Part shown: one piece after another, positions 19,722 through 30,751 of the stretch
How the letters are laid out: every line of letters begins with the position of its first letter
Position numbering within the stretch: the stretch's first letter is position 1
Source of the DNA: Bryobacterales bacterium
Lineage (GTDB): Bacteria > Acidobacteriota > Terriglobia > Bryobacterales > UBA6623
Reading direction: 5' to 3'
Assembly (NCBI GenBank): GCA_963422375.2
Contig: OY729428.2
Location: forward strand, 2,784,001 to 2,848,000
Length of the DNA stretch: 64,000 bases
Translations under genes and position numbers: made by a program
Notes under the pieces: generated by a model
What the model was told of the DNA's origin: nothing
Database searches by the model: none
Seen by the model: only the letters and a program-made list of their open reading frames with translations

Positions 19722-21227
19722 CTAGTCCGCGGAAGGGAACAGGGGCGAGTACAGGTTGCCCTCCGGCCGCGGAGCCAGGTTCCCGCCTTTCAGGTAGGGG
19801 GCGCCGCGCTTCTCGAAATGCCGGACCAAGCGGCCGCGCCAGCGTCGCAACTCGCCCTCGCTCGAGGGTTCGCCGCCGAGGTCCCGCGTCTCGCCCGGAT
19901 CGGCCCGCAGATCGAACAGCTGCTGCTGCCCGTCCAGGGCGCGGTAGATGTACTTCCACCGTCCGTCAGTCAGCGCGCTCCAGTTGTTGTCCGGGCTGTA
20001 GCAGATGTTGTGCTCGAGATCGACGAACTCGCGCCAGGGACCGCCCTTGCCCGCGACGGGGTCGAGGAGGCTGCGGCCGTCCACCGATTCGGGCGGCGCG
20101 ATGCCGGCGGCAGCCAGAATGGTCGGCATCACGTCACGCAGCTCGCAGGGCTCGTCCCGGACCTGCCCGCGCTCGGCGGCGACGAGCCCCTCGGGCCAGC
20201 GGACGAGCATCGGAATGCGCGCCGACGCCTCGAACGCGTAGCACTTCCGCCAGTGGTGGTGGTCGCCCAGCATGTCCCCGTGGTCGGAGACGAACACGAT
20301 CAGCGTGTTCTCGTAGAAGCCTCGCCGGCCGAGGGCCTCCAGGATCCGGCCGATCTGGTCATCGATGAAGCGGATCGACCCGTAATAGCCCTGGCGGGAG
20401 TGCCGCACTTGGTCAGCGCCTAGATCGCCGTGCCACAGGCTGGGCCTGTCGCTGCTGCGCGGGCGAAAGCGCTCGGCCCAACGACCCGTCGCCGCGACCG
20501 GGATGTCCGCGTCCTCGAACTCGCGCATGTAGCGCGCGGGCGGGTCGTAGGGACTGTGCGGGCGGGCGAATGACACCTTCAGGAAGAACGGCCGGTCGTC
20601 GGAGTAGGTCTCTAGAAACCGCACGGCCGCGTCGCCGGTCCAAGACGTGGGGTGCAACCGCTCCGGCAGCGCGTACTCGCCCGCCAGGCAATCGTTCCAG
20701 CCGATGCCGGTGGCGTCGGGATCCAGGTTCGGCGCCTCGCTCCAGAACCACGATCGGTAGTCGCTGCGGAAGTCGACCGAAAAGGAACGGCCGGACTCGT
20801 CCAGCAGGACCCGCTCGTAGCCGTGGGCGTTCCGCTGGGGATGGAAGTGGTTCTTGCCGATCGCGCACGTGCTGTAGCCCGCGTCGCCGAGGATGCGCGG
20901 CATCTCGTGCGGGTACTCCCCGGCAACCCGGCCGTAGCCCAGCATGCCGTGGTGCCAAGGCGACTGACCTGTCAGCAGGCATGCCCTGGCAGGGGTGCAG
21001 CTCGGGGTACTGGAGTACGCATGCTGGAAGCGCGCGCCTTCGCTGGCGATCCGGTCGAGGTTCGGGGTCTTGACTGCCGGATGGCCGTCCGCACCGAGAC
21101 AGCCGCCGCGCTGTTGGTCCGTCATGAGGAATAACAGGTTCGGCCGTTCCGGCTTCGCCGCGGCGGGGCGCGCAGCGCCCGCGGCCGCGGCGAGGTGAAG
21201 GAAATGTCTGCGGGGCAGGGCTGGCAT
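19722..21227 (-). CDS. Arylsulfatase-family sulfatase with Tat-like signal
   Basis: PRRHFL Tat-like N-terminus; PNLLFLMTDQQR, CTPAR (CxPxR), GKNH, PHSPY, SDHGDMLG. Confidence 0.92.
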   Translation of the reverse strand: MPALPRRHFLHLAAAAGAARPAAAKPERPNLLFLMTDQQRGGCLGADGHPAVKTPNLDRIASEGARFQHAYSSTPSCTPARACLLTGQSPWHHGMLGYGRVAGEYPHEMPRILGDAGYSTCAIGKNHFHPQRNAHGYERVLLDESGRSFSVDFRSDYRSWFWSEAPNLDPDATGIGWNDCLAGEYALPERLHPTSWTGDAAVRFLETYSDDRPFFLKVSFARPHSPYDPPARYMREFEDADIPVAATGRWAERFRPRSSDRPSLWHGDLGADQVRHSRQGYYGSIRFIDDQIGRILEALGRRGFYENTLIVFVSDHGDMLGDHHHWRKCYAFEASARIPMLVRWPEGLVAAERGQVRDEPCELRDVMPTILAAAGIAPPESVDGRSLLDPVAGKGGPWREFVDLEHNICYSPDNNWSALTDGRWKYIYRALDGQQQLFDLRADPGETRDLGGEPSSEGELRRWRGRLVRHFEKRGAPYLKGGNLAPRPEGNLYSPLFPSAD

Positions 21228-21417
21228 GGGTCGGATCCTACCAGCGAGCCGCCGGGAGGGCTCGGCGGGCGGGGGGCGGGGGTATGATTGTGCAAGGCTC
21301 GGGCCGGCTGCTGCGAGCTGGTCGCGTCGACGGGCGTCGCCCCGCTCGCAAGTGCCGCATCGCCGGCGAGACTGGACCCGGCGCCCGCAATCCCGCTGCA
21401 TCCTCCGACACGCGCGC

Positions 21418-22944
21418 ATGCCCGAGGGCCTAGAGCAGCAGTACCAGCCGAGGCTGGCCGAGCAACAGGGCGAGGCGGACCCGCCGAGGCTGGCCGAGCA
21501 GCGCGCCCCGCAAGCACAGCCGGAAGAGAATCCGAGCGCCCTCGCCCTCCGCCAGGGCATGCCCTCCAACCTCGAGGCGGAGATGTTCGTGCTCGGCAGC
21601 ATCCTGCTGGACGACTCGAAGTTCTCCCAAGTCGCGACATCCATCGGCGAGGACGACTTCTATATTGAGAAGCACCGTCGCATCTTCTCGTGCATGTACC
21701 GGCTGGCCGAGCGCGGCGAGCGGATCGAGTACCTCACCCTCAGCGACGAGCTCGCCAAGTTCCAGCTCAGGGACAAGGTCGGCGGGGTGGCCTATCTCGC
21801 CTCGCTCACGGTCGGGATGCCCCGGCTCGAGAGCATCGAGAGCTACATACGCATCGTCAAGGGCAAGGCGATCCTGAGGCACCTGATCTACACCGCGCAG
21901 GAGATCGCCTCCAGCTGCCTGAAGGAGGGCCGCGAGGTCGACGCCATCCTGGCCGATGCCGAAACGGCGGTCATGAAGGTCGGCGACCAACTCCTGCGAT
22001 CCGGCCTGGAGAGTCCCGAGGAGACGATCTCCAAGTTCGAGGGCGGCGTCGGGGCGTTCCTCAACCCGGCCAGCCGCCAGCAGGGGCTGCAGAGCCCGTT
22101 CCACAAGCTGAACGAGCTGACGGGGGGCATGCGCGCCGGGCAGCTCATCGTGCTCGCCGGGCGGCCGGCGATGGGGAAGACGGCCCTAGCTCTCAACATC
22201 TCCTCGTTCATCGCCTCCGCCCGCGGAGACGAGGCCGCCCAGGCCGTCGCTGTCTTCTCTCTCGAGATGTCGCGCGAGGCGCTGCTGACCCGCGTGCTGT
22301 GCTCCGAGGCTCAGGTCGACCAGCGCCGCTTCCGCGTCGGCAGCTTGGACAAGGAGGAGAGGGCCAGGGTCGCCAGCGCCATGCAGGGCTTGATGCGTAG
22401 CAAGCTCTTCATCGACGACACGGCGAACCTCAACATCATCGAGCTGGCCGCGAAGTGCCGCCGCCTGCAGTCCACGGAGAATCTCGGCCTCGTGGTCGTC
22501 GACTACATCCAGCTGCTCGGGTCCAAGGGAAGGGTCGAGAACCGCGTGCAGGAGATCGCGACATTCTCCCGCGGACTGAAACTGCTGGCCAAGGATCTGA
22601 ACCTGCCCGTGCTGGCGCTGTCGCAGCTGAGCCGGGCCCCGGAAGATCCGCGCAGAGGCAACCCGCGGCCGCGGCTGAGCGACTTGCGGGACTCCGGGTC
22701 GATCGAGCAGGACGCGGACGTGGTCTGCTTCGTGTTCCGCGAGGAGGTCTACAAGCCGACCGACAAATCGCTGGAGGGCGTGGCAGAACTGATCATCGGC
22801 AAGCAGCGCAACGGCCCGACCGGGGTCGTCAAGCTGGCCTTCTTCAAGCGGTACGCGCAGTTCCAGAACTACGAGATGGATATGGAGGTCGACGAAGGGA
22901 CGCCGACAGACGCCGACTTCGACGAGGAGGAAACGCCCTTCTAG
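21418..22944 (+). CDS. dnaB: Replicative DNA helicase
   Basis: AGRPAMGKT, FSLEM, VVDYIQL, LSQLSR, SDLRDSGSIEQDAD, KQRNGPTG. Confidence 0.97.
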   Translation: MPEGLEQQYQPRLAEQQGEADPPRLAEQRAPQAQPEENPSALALRQGMPSNLEAEMFVLGSILLDDSKFSQVATSIGEDDFYIEKHRRIFSCMYRLAERGERIEYLTLSDELAKFQLRDKVGGVAYLASLTVGMPRLESIESYIRIVKGKAILRHLIYTAQEIASSCLKEGREVDAILADAETAVMKVGDQLLRSGLESPEETISKFEGGVGAFLNPASRQQGLQSPFHKLNELTGGMRAGQLIVLAGRPAMGKTALALNISSFIASARGDEAAQAVAVFSLEMSREALLTRVLCSEAQVDQRRFRVGSLDKEERARVASAMQGLMRSKLFIDDTANLNIIELAAKCRRLQSTENLGLVVVDYIQLLGSKGRVENRVQEIATFSRGLKLLAKDLNLPVLALSQLSRAPEDPRRGNPRPRLSDLRDSGSIEQDADVVCFVFREEVYKPTDKSLEGVAELIIGKQRNGPTGVVKLAFFKRYAQFQNYEMDMEVDEGTPTDADFDEEETPF

Positions 22945-23041
22945 CCTCCCAGCGGACGGGCGGACGGCTCGGCCCCGCCGGAACGCCGAACACCGGGCAT
23001 CGGCAACCGAGTCTGGGCTAGACTAGGGCGGGACGGTCGCG

Positions 23042-24880
23042 ATGAATCGCTGGATCTGGCTCGCGGGCGCGATGCTGGCGGCCTTGCCGGCCTTAGGACA
23101 GCCGGGCGACCGGGCACGGCCGGAGGATCATCCGCCCGCGGGCGGCCGGGACCGGACCACCGCGCTGGCGGAACAGACCGAGGCGCTCTCGCCGGGGCGT
23201 CCGGACGAGGCACCGAGCGTGCCTCGCATCAATTTCATCGACGAGCGCATCTTCGGCAAGATGCAGCGCGACGGCGTGCCCCACGCGCCGCTAGCAGACG
23301 ACGCGACCTTCTTCCGGCGCGCGCATCTGGATCTGACCGGGCGGATTCCCGGCGGGGACGAGGCCCGGCGATTCGCGGCGGACGAGGATCCGGACAAGCG
23401 CTCGCGACTGATCGACCGCCTCGTCGGGAGCGTCGACTGGCGCGACCGCTGGACGTACTGGCACCTGGACCTGTGGCGGACCAGCCAGAACCGGGTCGGC
23501 TGGGCGGGCCGGAACCTATTCCACGACTACGTGGCCGACGCGCTGCTGCTGAACCAGCCCTACGACGAGTTCGTGCGCGAGCTGCTCACGTCCGAGGCGC
23601 GCAGCAACTGGTACGTCGGCCCGGCCAGCTACCTGGTCCGCTGGGCAGTGTTCGCCGACAACTGCACCGAGGTCATGCACGAGGACACCGCCGACGAGAT
23701 GACGGTGATGGTCTTCCAACACTTCATGGGCATCAACCTGCAGTGCATCTCGTGCCACGACGGAGCCAATCACCTCGAGCAGGTCAACGCCTGGCTCACC
23801 GAGCGCAAGCGCGAGGAATTCTGGGCGCAGGCAGCCTTCTTCGGAAACACCCGCGTGATGCGGCGCGTCGAACTGCGCAACACCCAGGACGAATACCTGA
23901 TCGACGACAAGGATCCCGAGCGCAACGGCTATTCCCGGGCGGCCCGCAGCACGGTGCGCGTGGCCCGGCAGCGCGAGGGCACGGTCGCTCCGAAGTTCAT
24001 CCTCGGGGGCGAGCCGCCACGTCCCGGCATGCCTCTGCGCCAAGAGCTCGCGCGGATCCTGACAGCCCACCCGCAGTTCGCCCGCGCCACCGTGAACCGC
24101 TTCTGGGCCGCGTTCATGGGGGCGGGCATCGTCGACCCGGTGGACGGCTTCGACTTCCGGCGCATGGATTCCGAGAATCTGGCGGAGAGCTGGGACGTCC
24201 AGCCCACGCACCCGGAACTGCTCGAGGAGCTCGCCCGGGACTTCATCGAGAGCGGCTACGACCTGCAGCACCTGCACAAGCGCATCGTGAATTCGTCGGC
24301 CTACCAGCTGTCCGCGAGCTTTCCGGCGCAGTGGAAGCCCTCGTACGCGCGCTATTTCGCCCGGAAGTTCATGCGGCGGCTGTCGGCGGAGCAGATCTAC
24401 GACGCGATCGTCAAGGCGACCGACCTGCAGAACCCGATCCAGATTCCGCTAACGGACAAGCGGGTGGACTACATGGTGCAGATGCGGGGCCCGGCCGACC
24501 TGCGTCGCACGTCGTCTCTCGACCCCCAGACGAAGCAGGACTTGCAGTTCTTCGCCGAGTCGTTCGGTCAGGCGAATCGAGAATTCAACGAGCCGACTCG
24601 CAAGGGGTCCATAGTCCAAGCCGCGCTGATGATGAATTCCAAGCTCGTCAAGGACAAGGCGAAGGCCGCGAGCGGCAGCTATCTGGCGGGCCTACTCGAA
24701 AGCGGCGCACAGGACACGGAGATGGTGAGAAAGCTCTTCTGGCGGTTCCTGACGCGGGAGCCCGACGAGCGGGAGATGCAGGCGGCGCTGGAGCTCATCG
24801 GCGAGCGCGGCCCCGCGGCGGCCGGCGAGGACCTGCAGTGGATTCTCATGAACAAGGTGGAATTCCTGTTCAACCGCTAG
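23042..24880 (+). CDS. DUF1549/DUF1553 (PSCyt2/PSD1) domain protein, secreted
   Basis: Signal peptide; NFID..., DATFFRRAHLDLTGRIP, CISCHD, VNRFWAAFMGAGIVDPVD, PTHPELL, EDLQWILMNKVEFLFN. Confidence 0.9.
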   Translation: MNRWIWLAGAMLAALPALGQPGDRARPEDHPPAGGRDRTTALAEQTEALSPGRPDEAPSVPRINFIDERIFGKMQRDGVPHAPLADDATFFRRAHLDLTGRIPGGDEARRFAADEDPDKRSRLIDRLVGSVDWRDRWTYWHLDLWRTSQNRVGWAGRNLFHDYVADALLLNQPYDEFVRELLTSEARSNWYVGPASYLVRWAVFADNCTEVMHEDTADEMTVMVFQHFMGINLQCISCHDGANHLEQVNAWLTERKREEFWAQAAFFGNTRVMRRVELRNTQDEYLIDDKDPERNGYSRAARSTVRVARQREGTVAPKFILGGEPPRPGMPLRQELARILTAHPQFARATVNRFWAAFMGAGIVDPVDGFDFRRMDSENLAESWDVQPTHPELLEELARDFIESGYDLQHLHKRIVNSSAYQLSASFPAQWKPSYARYFARKFMRRLSAEQIYDAIVKATDLQNPIQIPLTDKRVDYMVQMRGPADLRRTSSLDPQTKQDLQFFAESFGQANREFNEPTRKGSIVQAALMMNSKLVKDKAKAASGSYLAGLLESGAQDTEMVRKLFWRFLTREPDEREMQAALELIGERGPAAAGEDLQWILMNKVEFLFNR

Positions 24881-24899
24881 GCGCGGCCCGGAGAGACCC

Positions 24900-26273
24900 A
24901 TGGCGCGATTCGAAGACCATTTCCTGACCCGGCGCGAGGTGCTGCGGTTGGGCTCCGTCGCGATGACCGGCTACCACTTCCTGCCGCTCGTCCAGCCGCG
25001 GGCCAAGGCGGGCGGCCGGGCAGCCCCGGAGGGCAGGGCCAAGTTCTGCATCTTCGTGATGCTCGAGGGCGGGCAGTCGCACGTGGATTCGTGGGACTTC
25101 AAGGAAGGCCCTTGGACGCCGCCGGACTTCGCGGCGGAAACGGTCGCGGGAGTCGGCCAATGGCCAATGGGGCTGTATCCGGAACTGGCGAAACGTCGCG
25201 AGAAGTACTCGCTGCTGCGCTCGATGTCCACTTGGGAGAGCCAGCACGGTCGGGGGCAGTACTACATGCAAACCGGCCACCAGCACAACCCGGCGCTCTC
25301 CCCCGAGCTGCCTGCCGTGGGATCGGTGGTGGCCTACGAGTACGCCTCCCGCCGCCGGGAGACCGATTTCCTCCCCCCCTTCGTGGGCTTCAATACGTTT
25401 CCCCAAGTCGGGCTGGTCGGGTCCGGCTTCCTGCCCGCCACCTATACGCCGTTTCACGTCAACACGTCCTCCGACATCTCCGTGCTGGCACCCCGCTCCG
25501 AGGAGCTGGCGGACTTCGGGCGGCGCTGGGAGCTCCTCCGCAAGTTCGACGGACCGGCGAGGTCCGCCGCCGCACTCGAAAAGAAGGCCTTCCGGGACTT
25601 CCACAACCACTACGAAGGGGCCGTCGAGATCATGTCGGCACCTGGGAGCGCGGAGATATTCAGCATTAGCGACGAAGAACGCTCACGATACGGTGGCAAT
25701 CCGGTCGGCGACTCGTTCGTGCTGGCGCGCAACCTGGTGGTTGCGGACGCCGGGACGCACTTCATCTTCCTGACCCATGAGGACTGGGACCATCACGGCT
25801 CGATCTACAAGCGGGAGAACTTCTACAAGCGGTCCCACGATCTGGACACGGCCCTCAGCCAGCTGCTCGACGACCTCGGCGCCGCGAAGCGAGACGACGG
25901 GACGTCCGTTCTCGACGAGACCCTGGTCGTCTGCGCGGGCGAGTTCGGCCGCACCCCGGGGGAGCTGACGAACATCGCCGGGCGCGACCACTACCAGTAC
26001 GCGTTCACGGGGCTTTTCGCCGGCGGCGGGGTCCGGCCGGGCCAAGTGCTGGGAGCGACCGACGAACGGGGCGCGGAGATTGTCGACTTCGGATGGGCCG
26101 GCAACCGGCCGGTCTACCCGGAGGACCTCGTGACCACGATCTACTCGGCGATGGGCATCGACTGGACCAAGACGATCGAGGAGACGCCTTCGGGCCGGGC
26201 GTACCACTACATCGAGATCTTCTCTCCGACGAAAATGCTGGCGAATCGCGTGGTGCGAGAGCTCTTCGCCTGA
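24900..26273 (+). CDS. DUF1501 domain protein (Tat-like signal)
   Basis: TRREVL, GGQSHVDSWD.K, WDHH, GEFGRTP, GRDH; usual partner of DUF1553. Confidence 0.9.
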   Translation: MARFEDHFLTRREVLRLGSVAMTGYHFLPLVQPRAKAGGRAAPEGRAKFCIFVMLEGGQSHVDSWDFKEGPWTPPDFAAETVAGVGQWPMGLYPELAKRREKYSLLRSMSTWESQHGRGQYYMQTGHQHNPALSPELPAVGSVVAYEYASRRRETDFLPPFVGFNTFPQVGLVGSGFLPATYTPFHVNTSSDISVLAPRSEELADFGRRWELLRKFDGPARSAAALEKKAFRDFHNHYEGAVEIMSAPGSAEIFSISDEERSRYGGNPVGDSFVLARNLVVADAGTHFIFLTHEDWDHHGSIYKRENFYKRSHDLDTALSQLLDDLGAAKRDDGTSVLDETLVVCAGEFGRTPGELTNIAGRDHYQYAFTGLFAGGGVRPGQVLGATDERGAEIVDFGWAGNRPVYPEDLVTTIYSAMGIDWTKTIEETPSGRAYHYIEIFSPTKMLANRVVRELFA

Positions 26274-26347
26274 GATCGCACGGCAGGCAGAGCGGCGCGC
26301 GTCGGCCCGCAGATTTCCCGGACCCGATAGCACCGGGCAGATGCGAA

Positions 26348-27049
26348 ATGCTTGGCGGCGCGATCAGTAGAGTCCGCACGGCGCGGCTCGCGCGGCGGAT
26401 GCGCCGGGACTGGGACCGCCGGGCCAGGCTGAACGCGATGCACTTCGTCAATACGGGCCAAGCGGACTGGGACAAGGACTCGTTCTTCAAGACAGGCGAG
26501 GAGAACGTCCGCGACCAGATCCTGAGCGACTTGGAATGCGTGTGCCAAGGGCGCGACCCTCGATCAATGCGGGTACTGGAAATCGGTTGCGGCGTTGGCC
26601 GGATGACGCGGGCGCTGGCCTCCCACTTCGGCGAAGTTCATGGCGTCGACGTGAGCGAGGAGATGGTCCGGCTGGCCAAGGAGCATCTTTCTTCGACCCC
26701 GAACGCGCACGTCCACCTCAATTCCGGGACGGATCTTAGGGTGCTCGATCCGCTGCGATTCGATTTCGCCTTCTCGTTCATCGTCTTTCAGCACATTCCG
26801 AGCCGGGCCGTGATCGACGGCTACATCGGAGAAGTGGGGCGCGTCCTGCGCCCCGGCTCCATGTTCAAGTTCCAAGTGCAGGGATACCGAGGAGAGGCCC
26901 TGCGGGAGTCTTCACGCAACACATGGCTGGGCGCGAGCGTCTCAGAGAGGAATGCCGACGCGATGGCAAGGCGTCACGGATTCGAACTCGTGCAAAGTGT
27001 CGGGGCGGGCACACAGTATTACTGGCTGTGGTACCGCAAGTCGAAATAG
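26348..27049 (+). CDS. Class I SAM-dependent methyltransferase
   Basis: VLEIGCGVGR, GVDVSEEM, FDFAFSFIVFQH, RVLRPG. Confidence 0.9.
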   Translation: MLGGAISRVRTARLARRMRRDWDRRARLNAMHFVNTGQADWDKDSFFKTGEENVRDQILSDLECVCQGRDPRSMRVLEIGCGVGRMTRALASHFGEVHGVDVSEEMVRLAKEHLSSTPNAHVHLNSGTDLRVLDPLRFDFAFSFIVFQHIPSRAVIDGYIGEVGRVLRPGSMFKFQVQGYRGEALRESSRNTWLGASVSERNADAMARRHGFELVQSVGAGTQYYWLWYRKSK

Positions 27050-28570
27050 TCGACGGTCGTGGCGGCAGGAACGTTTTGGCGTCTCGGTAAACCCCGAGTT
27101 TGCCTTCCATAATTCTCTCTGAACTTTGTAGTTATCTTTTTCTAGGTCTCGAGATTGGCTAGCAACCCGTCTCCGGAGCCAGATGTGTGTGCAGCCAAAG
27201 CATGGATCGCGTGCAGATCTGTATGAATTCTTGAACGCTCACTGCGAGCGCAGCATGGGGTCCACTTTGTCGACGGGCTGCTAGCCTGTGATTTCAACTT
27301 TTCTGTTCCATAGTAATGACTACTTTATATCTCCAATTGAAGATCTATTTGCTCTTTAGCACAAGAACTAAGCTGATCGAAAGACTCAGAATCAGCCCTA
27401 TGTCTCGCACTAAAGAGAGTAACGCGTTCATGATGCTCATGCCTCCTTTCTGTCAGAACTTCCTGCAGCTCCCCCTCGTTCGTGCATATCGGCGCGGACC
27501 GGGCCTTGATCGATGCGGGGCGTAATCCGGAACTGCGAGAACTCACTGACTGCTGTTGAAATCCCCCCACGTCTTCAGGGTAACATCTGCCCGGAACTGA
27601 CGCAAGCACGAATCCATCTGCGGAAGACAGCGTTCTCCCCGGAATGAGCCGAAACGGCTCGCCGTTTCGGTGGAGTCCGGACGGCTCCCCCAGCAACCGG
27701 AGGAATAGCTCCACGATACGCTCCGGAGGTGATCTCGGCGCCACCGTCATGCATATCGGCTCCCCGACCTCAGACTACCCGGGGGCCGGGCGCGGGCGGG
27801 CACAGTGCCTCGCAGCAGTCCAGCCTCAACGAGGGCACGGAATCCGATTCAGCTTCCTCGCCACTCGCCTTGCGCAGAGGGCGGTGGAGTCCACCTACCA
27901 AGGCCTGCGGTGCCTGCCACACTGCTCCTCTGCCGGGCCGATTTGCCACGAGGCCGCCGCAAGGATGGCCGGAAGACCTTGGAGCAGCTATAGCACCTTC
28001 AGCTCGTTGCCGGCCAATCTCTCCCAGTGTCGAATCCGGGTGCGCTACCGCTCTGACCGAGCAGCGCAAGCGGCAATTGGGCACGTGTCGCCCCTGGCCG
28101 AAAGGCCAGTCCCGGCCGACCGCTCGCGGACCGGGGAGCCAGCGGGCTTGGCCCAACCAAGCTGCTGAGACGGACCGGCCTGGCCATGGACAGTGCAATG
28201 CCTGCTCAAGTCCGAGCGAGCCCCAGGGCGATCCGTGACGGCGGGCGAAGTGGCTAGAGAGTTCACCTCCCGATCCTTATCCGGCCCCCTCCCCGGAACT
28301 CCGGACCGCCCGGGGTCATTGGCCCATCAGAACGGGGGAACACAGCCACGGACGTCGTCAGGCTGGTAGGATAGCAATGCACCGGATCCAAATGCACCGG
28401 ATCCAGCCGACAGCTAGGCGGAGCAAGTGAGGCGGAGGCAAGCTTCCGTCCGGACGCAGTTCGCGAGGTGAGCAGCGAGTAGGAGCCGGGCTGTGGGGGT
28501 GCTCGCCGACCGCAACTCGCTTCCACGCCTAGGAATGTGTCGGTCGCGTGCCGGATCGGTAGGAGAGGCC

Positions 28571-30751
28571 ATGGCAGCGGTCATTGACGACGATTCGCGT
28601 ACCGCACTACCGGCGGGCACGGTGCTCCATGGCGCGTATGAAGTGCGGTCCCAGATCGATCACGGCGGATTCGGAATCGTCTACAGCGCGCTGCACCGGG
28701 AACTGAGACTGCCGGTAGCAATTAAGGAGTACTTCCCCGTCGATCTGTCCGTGCGCGAGGAGGGCACGGTGCATCCTCGGAGCAGGGCCCGCGGGGACGA
28801 CTTCAACGATGGGCTTGATCGCTTCCTAGGTGAGGCGCAAAGTCTGACGAAGTTCAGAGACCTTCCCAACATCGTCTCTTGCAGCGACTTCTTCCGCGAG
28901 AATGGCACGGCCTACATCGTGATGGATTTCGAGGACGGCATGTCTCTCCGGGATTTGCTCGAGATGAGGGAAGACCAAGGCCGACCGTTCGGCGAGGACG
29001 ACCTGCTAGCTGTGATCATGCCGGTGTTGCGAGGGCTGAAGAAGGTCCACGACGCGGGAGTGCTGCACCGGGACATCAAACCGAGCAACATCCTGATTCG
29101 TAAGGAGGCGAATCGCGAGGAGGACCGGCCGGTACTGATCGACTTCGGCGCGGCTAAGCAGAAGACGGCGGGGATGTCGCGGTCTTACGCGCCTTACACG
29201 AACGGCTACGCGGCGATTGAGCAGGTGGCAGGCGGGGCGCTGGGGCCTTGGACGGACATCTACGCGGTCGGGGCGGTGATGTGGCGGATGGTGGCCGGAG
29301 CCAGGGCGGACTCCGTCTCGAGGGTCCCGGCGAAGGTGGAGGCGCGGCTGGCTGCATTCTTGCGGGGTGACCCGGACCCGCTGCCGTCAGCGCAAGAGTT
29401 GGGGGACGGAAGGTACTCGAAGGGGCTTCTGAAAACAATCGACCGCTGCCTAGATCTGCGCGAGGAGAACCGAGTGCAGGATTGCGACGAGCTAGCGCGA
29501 CTTCTCCAGCCAGAGGAGCCTGCCGGCGAGGATCTCGCGCCTGTGACCGCCAAGCCGTCGCGGTCGGTCACGCGTCAGGCGTGGATCATGGCATTGGTGG
29601 CTGTCGGAGTGGCTGGAGTCACGCTGGCCTTGGCACTCGGAGTGGGAATAGGCGGCGGTCCGGGGCCGGACCCGACCCTGCCGCCTGGTGGTGACCAGAG
29701 CCAAGAGGTAGAGGCGGCGGAGGGTGACGGCGTGACGGGCCAGATCGGAACAGACAGCGGCTCGGGGGCAGACAATGGAGAGAGGGTCTCGGCAGCTACC
29801 GGGGCCCTTACGGGAAGGGAGACCGTTCGCCCAGCAGAGTCATTCGGAGAACAGAATCCGCCCGTCGCAGGCCTCCATCCTCCACGACCCAAAGGAACGA
29901 AGCCCGGAGCCGTGGCGGAGCGAGGCCCCGGGACGGATGCCGGAACCAGCGATCCGCCGATTATTACTGGCCCGGGACTTGGCAGGGAGCGGAGTGTCGG
30001 CAGCGACGACTCCCCAGCGGACGCTTCGGCGGAGTCGCTTGCGGCTTCCGAAGGAGTGCGGCGGGAACTGACGAACAGCATCGGCATGGAATTCGTTCTG
30101 GTCCCGGAAGGCAGTTTCCGTATGGGCTCCCCGCAATCCGAGGCAGATCGAGAAGAAGACGAAGGCCCGGTGCATGAAGTCACGATCAGCCAGCCCTTCT
30201 ACTTGGGGAAGCACGAAGTGACGCAAGGGCAATGGAAGGCATTGATGAGCGGAAACCCGTCTGCATTTGACAGATGCGGGGACAGCTGCCCGGTTGAGAA
30301 TGTCTCGTGGAATGATGCTAGCGAGTTCATCCGAGAGTTGAACAAGAGGGAAGGAGGCGAGCGATACCGCCTGCCAACGGAAGCGGAATGGGAGTACGCA
30401 GCCCGGGCTGGCGCAGACGCTCCGCCCTTTCTGGAACCGCTCAAGATCACAGCTTGGTATGACGGGACCAGCGAAATGAAAACGCATCCTGTGGGCCACA
30501 AGAATGCCAATGCCTTCGGTCTGCACGACATGCTAGGCAACGTGTGGGAGTGGGTGTCGGACCGGTACGGAGATTATTCAAACCGTGCCGCAACCGATCC
30601 TCAAGGTCCCGGCACGGGCTCGCAGCGGGCCTATCGGGGCGGCGGATGGTATCTCGGCCCAGAGTACTGCCGGCCGGCGAGCCGGCGAGGGAGCAGCCCC
30701 GGCGCTCGTCGCGGAAACCTAGGCTTCCGAGTGCTGAGGACTGCGCAGTAG
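28571..30751 (+). CDS. Ser/Thr kinase, TM, low-complexity linker, CLec/FGE-sulfatase domain (DGR target paralogue)
   Basis: AGGAG RBS; kinase HGGFGIVY, AIKEY, HRDIKPSN, DFGAAK; TM; FGE motifs F.MGS, EVTQGQW, RLPTEAEWEYAARAG, NAFGLHDMLGNVWEW, RGGGW, GFRV. Confidence 0.92.
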   Translation: MAAVIDDDSRTALPAGTVLHGAYEVRSQIDHGGFGIVYSALHRELRLPVAIKEYFPVDLSVREEGTVHPRSRARGDDFNDGLDRFLGEAQSLTKFRDLPNIVSCSDFFRENGTAYIVMDFEDGMSLRDLLEMREDQGRPFGEDDLLAVIMPVLRGLKKVHDAGVLHRDIKPSNILIRKEANREEDRPVLIDFGAAKQKTAGMSRSYAPYTNGYAAIEQVAGGALGPWTDIYAVGAVMWRMVAGARADSVSRVPAKVEARLAAFLRGDPDPLPSAQELGDGRYSKGLLKTIDRCLDLREENRVQDCDELARLLQPEEPAGEDLAPVTAKPSRSVTRQAWIMALVAVGVAGVTLALALGVGIGGGPGPDPTLPPGGDQSQEVEAAEGDGVTGQIGTDSGSGADNGERVSAATGALTGRETVRPAESFGEQNPPVAGLHPPRPKGTKPGAVAERGPGTDAGTSDPPIITGPGLGRERSVGSDDSPADASAESLAASEGVRRELTNSIGMEFVLVPEGSFRMGSPQSEADREEDEGPVHEVTISQPFYLGKHEVTQGQWKALMSGNPSAFDRCGDSCPVENVSWNDASEFIRELNKREGGERYRLPTEAEWEYAARAGADAPPFLEPLKITAWYDGTSEMKTHPVGHKNANAFGLHDMLGNVWEWVSDRYGDYSNRAATDPQGPGTGSQRAYRGGGWYLGPEYCRPASRRGSSPGARRGNLGFRVLRTAQ
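30617..30732 (+). repeat. Eroded VR-like region (VR3)
   Basis: Ungapped alignment to TR: about 18/28 TR adenines and about 18/88 other positions differ (manual count). Confidence 0.55.

Noticed and set aside
21446..21500. Repeated GCCGAGGCTGGCCGAGCA near the dnaB 5' end
   Set aside because: Two in-frame copies (PRLAEQ) in a disordered N-terminal extension; not an array. No intein seen in dnaB.
27325..27750. 141-aa ORF in low-GC region
   Set aside because: No recognisable motif or RBS; cannot be supported as a gene.
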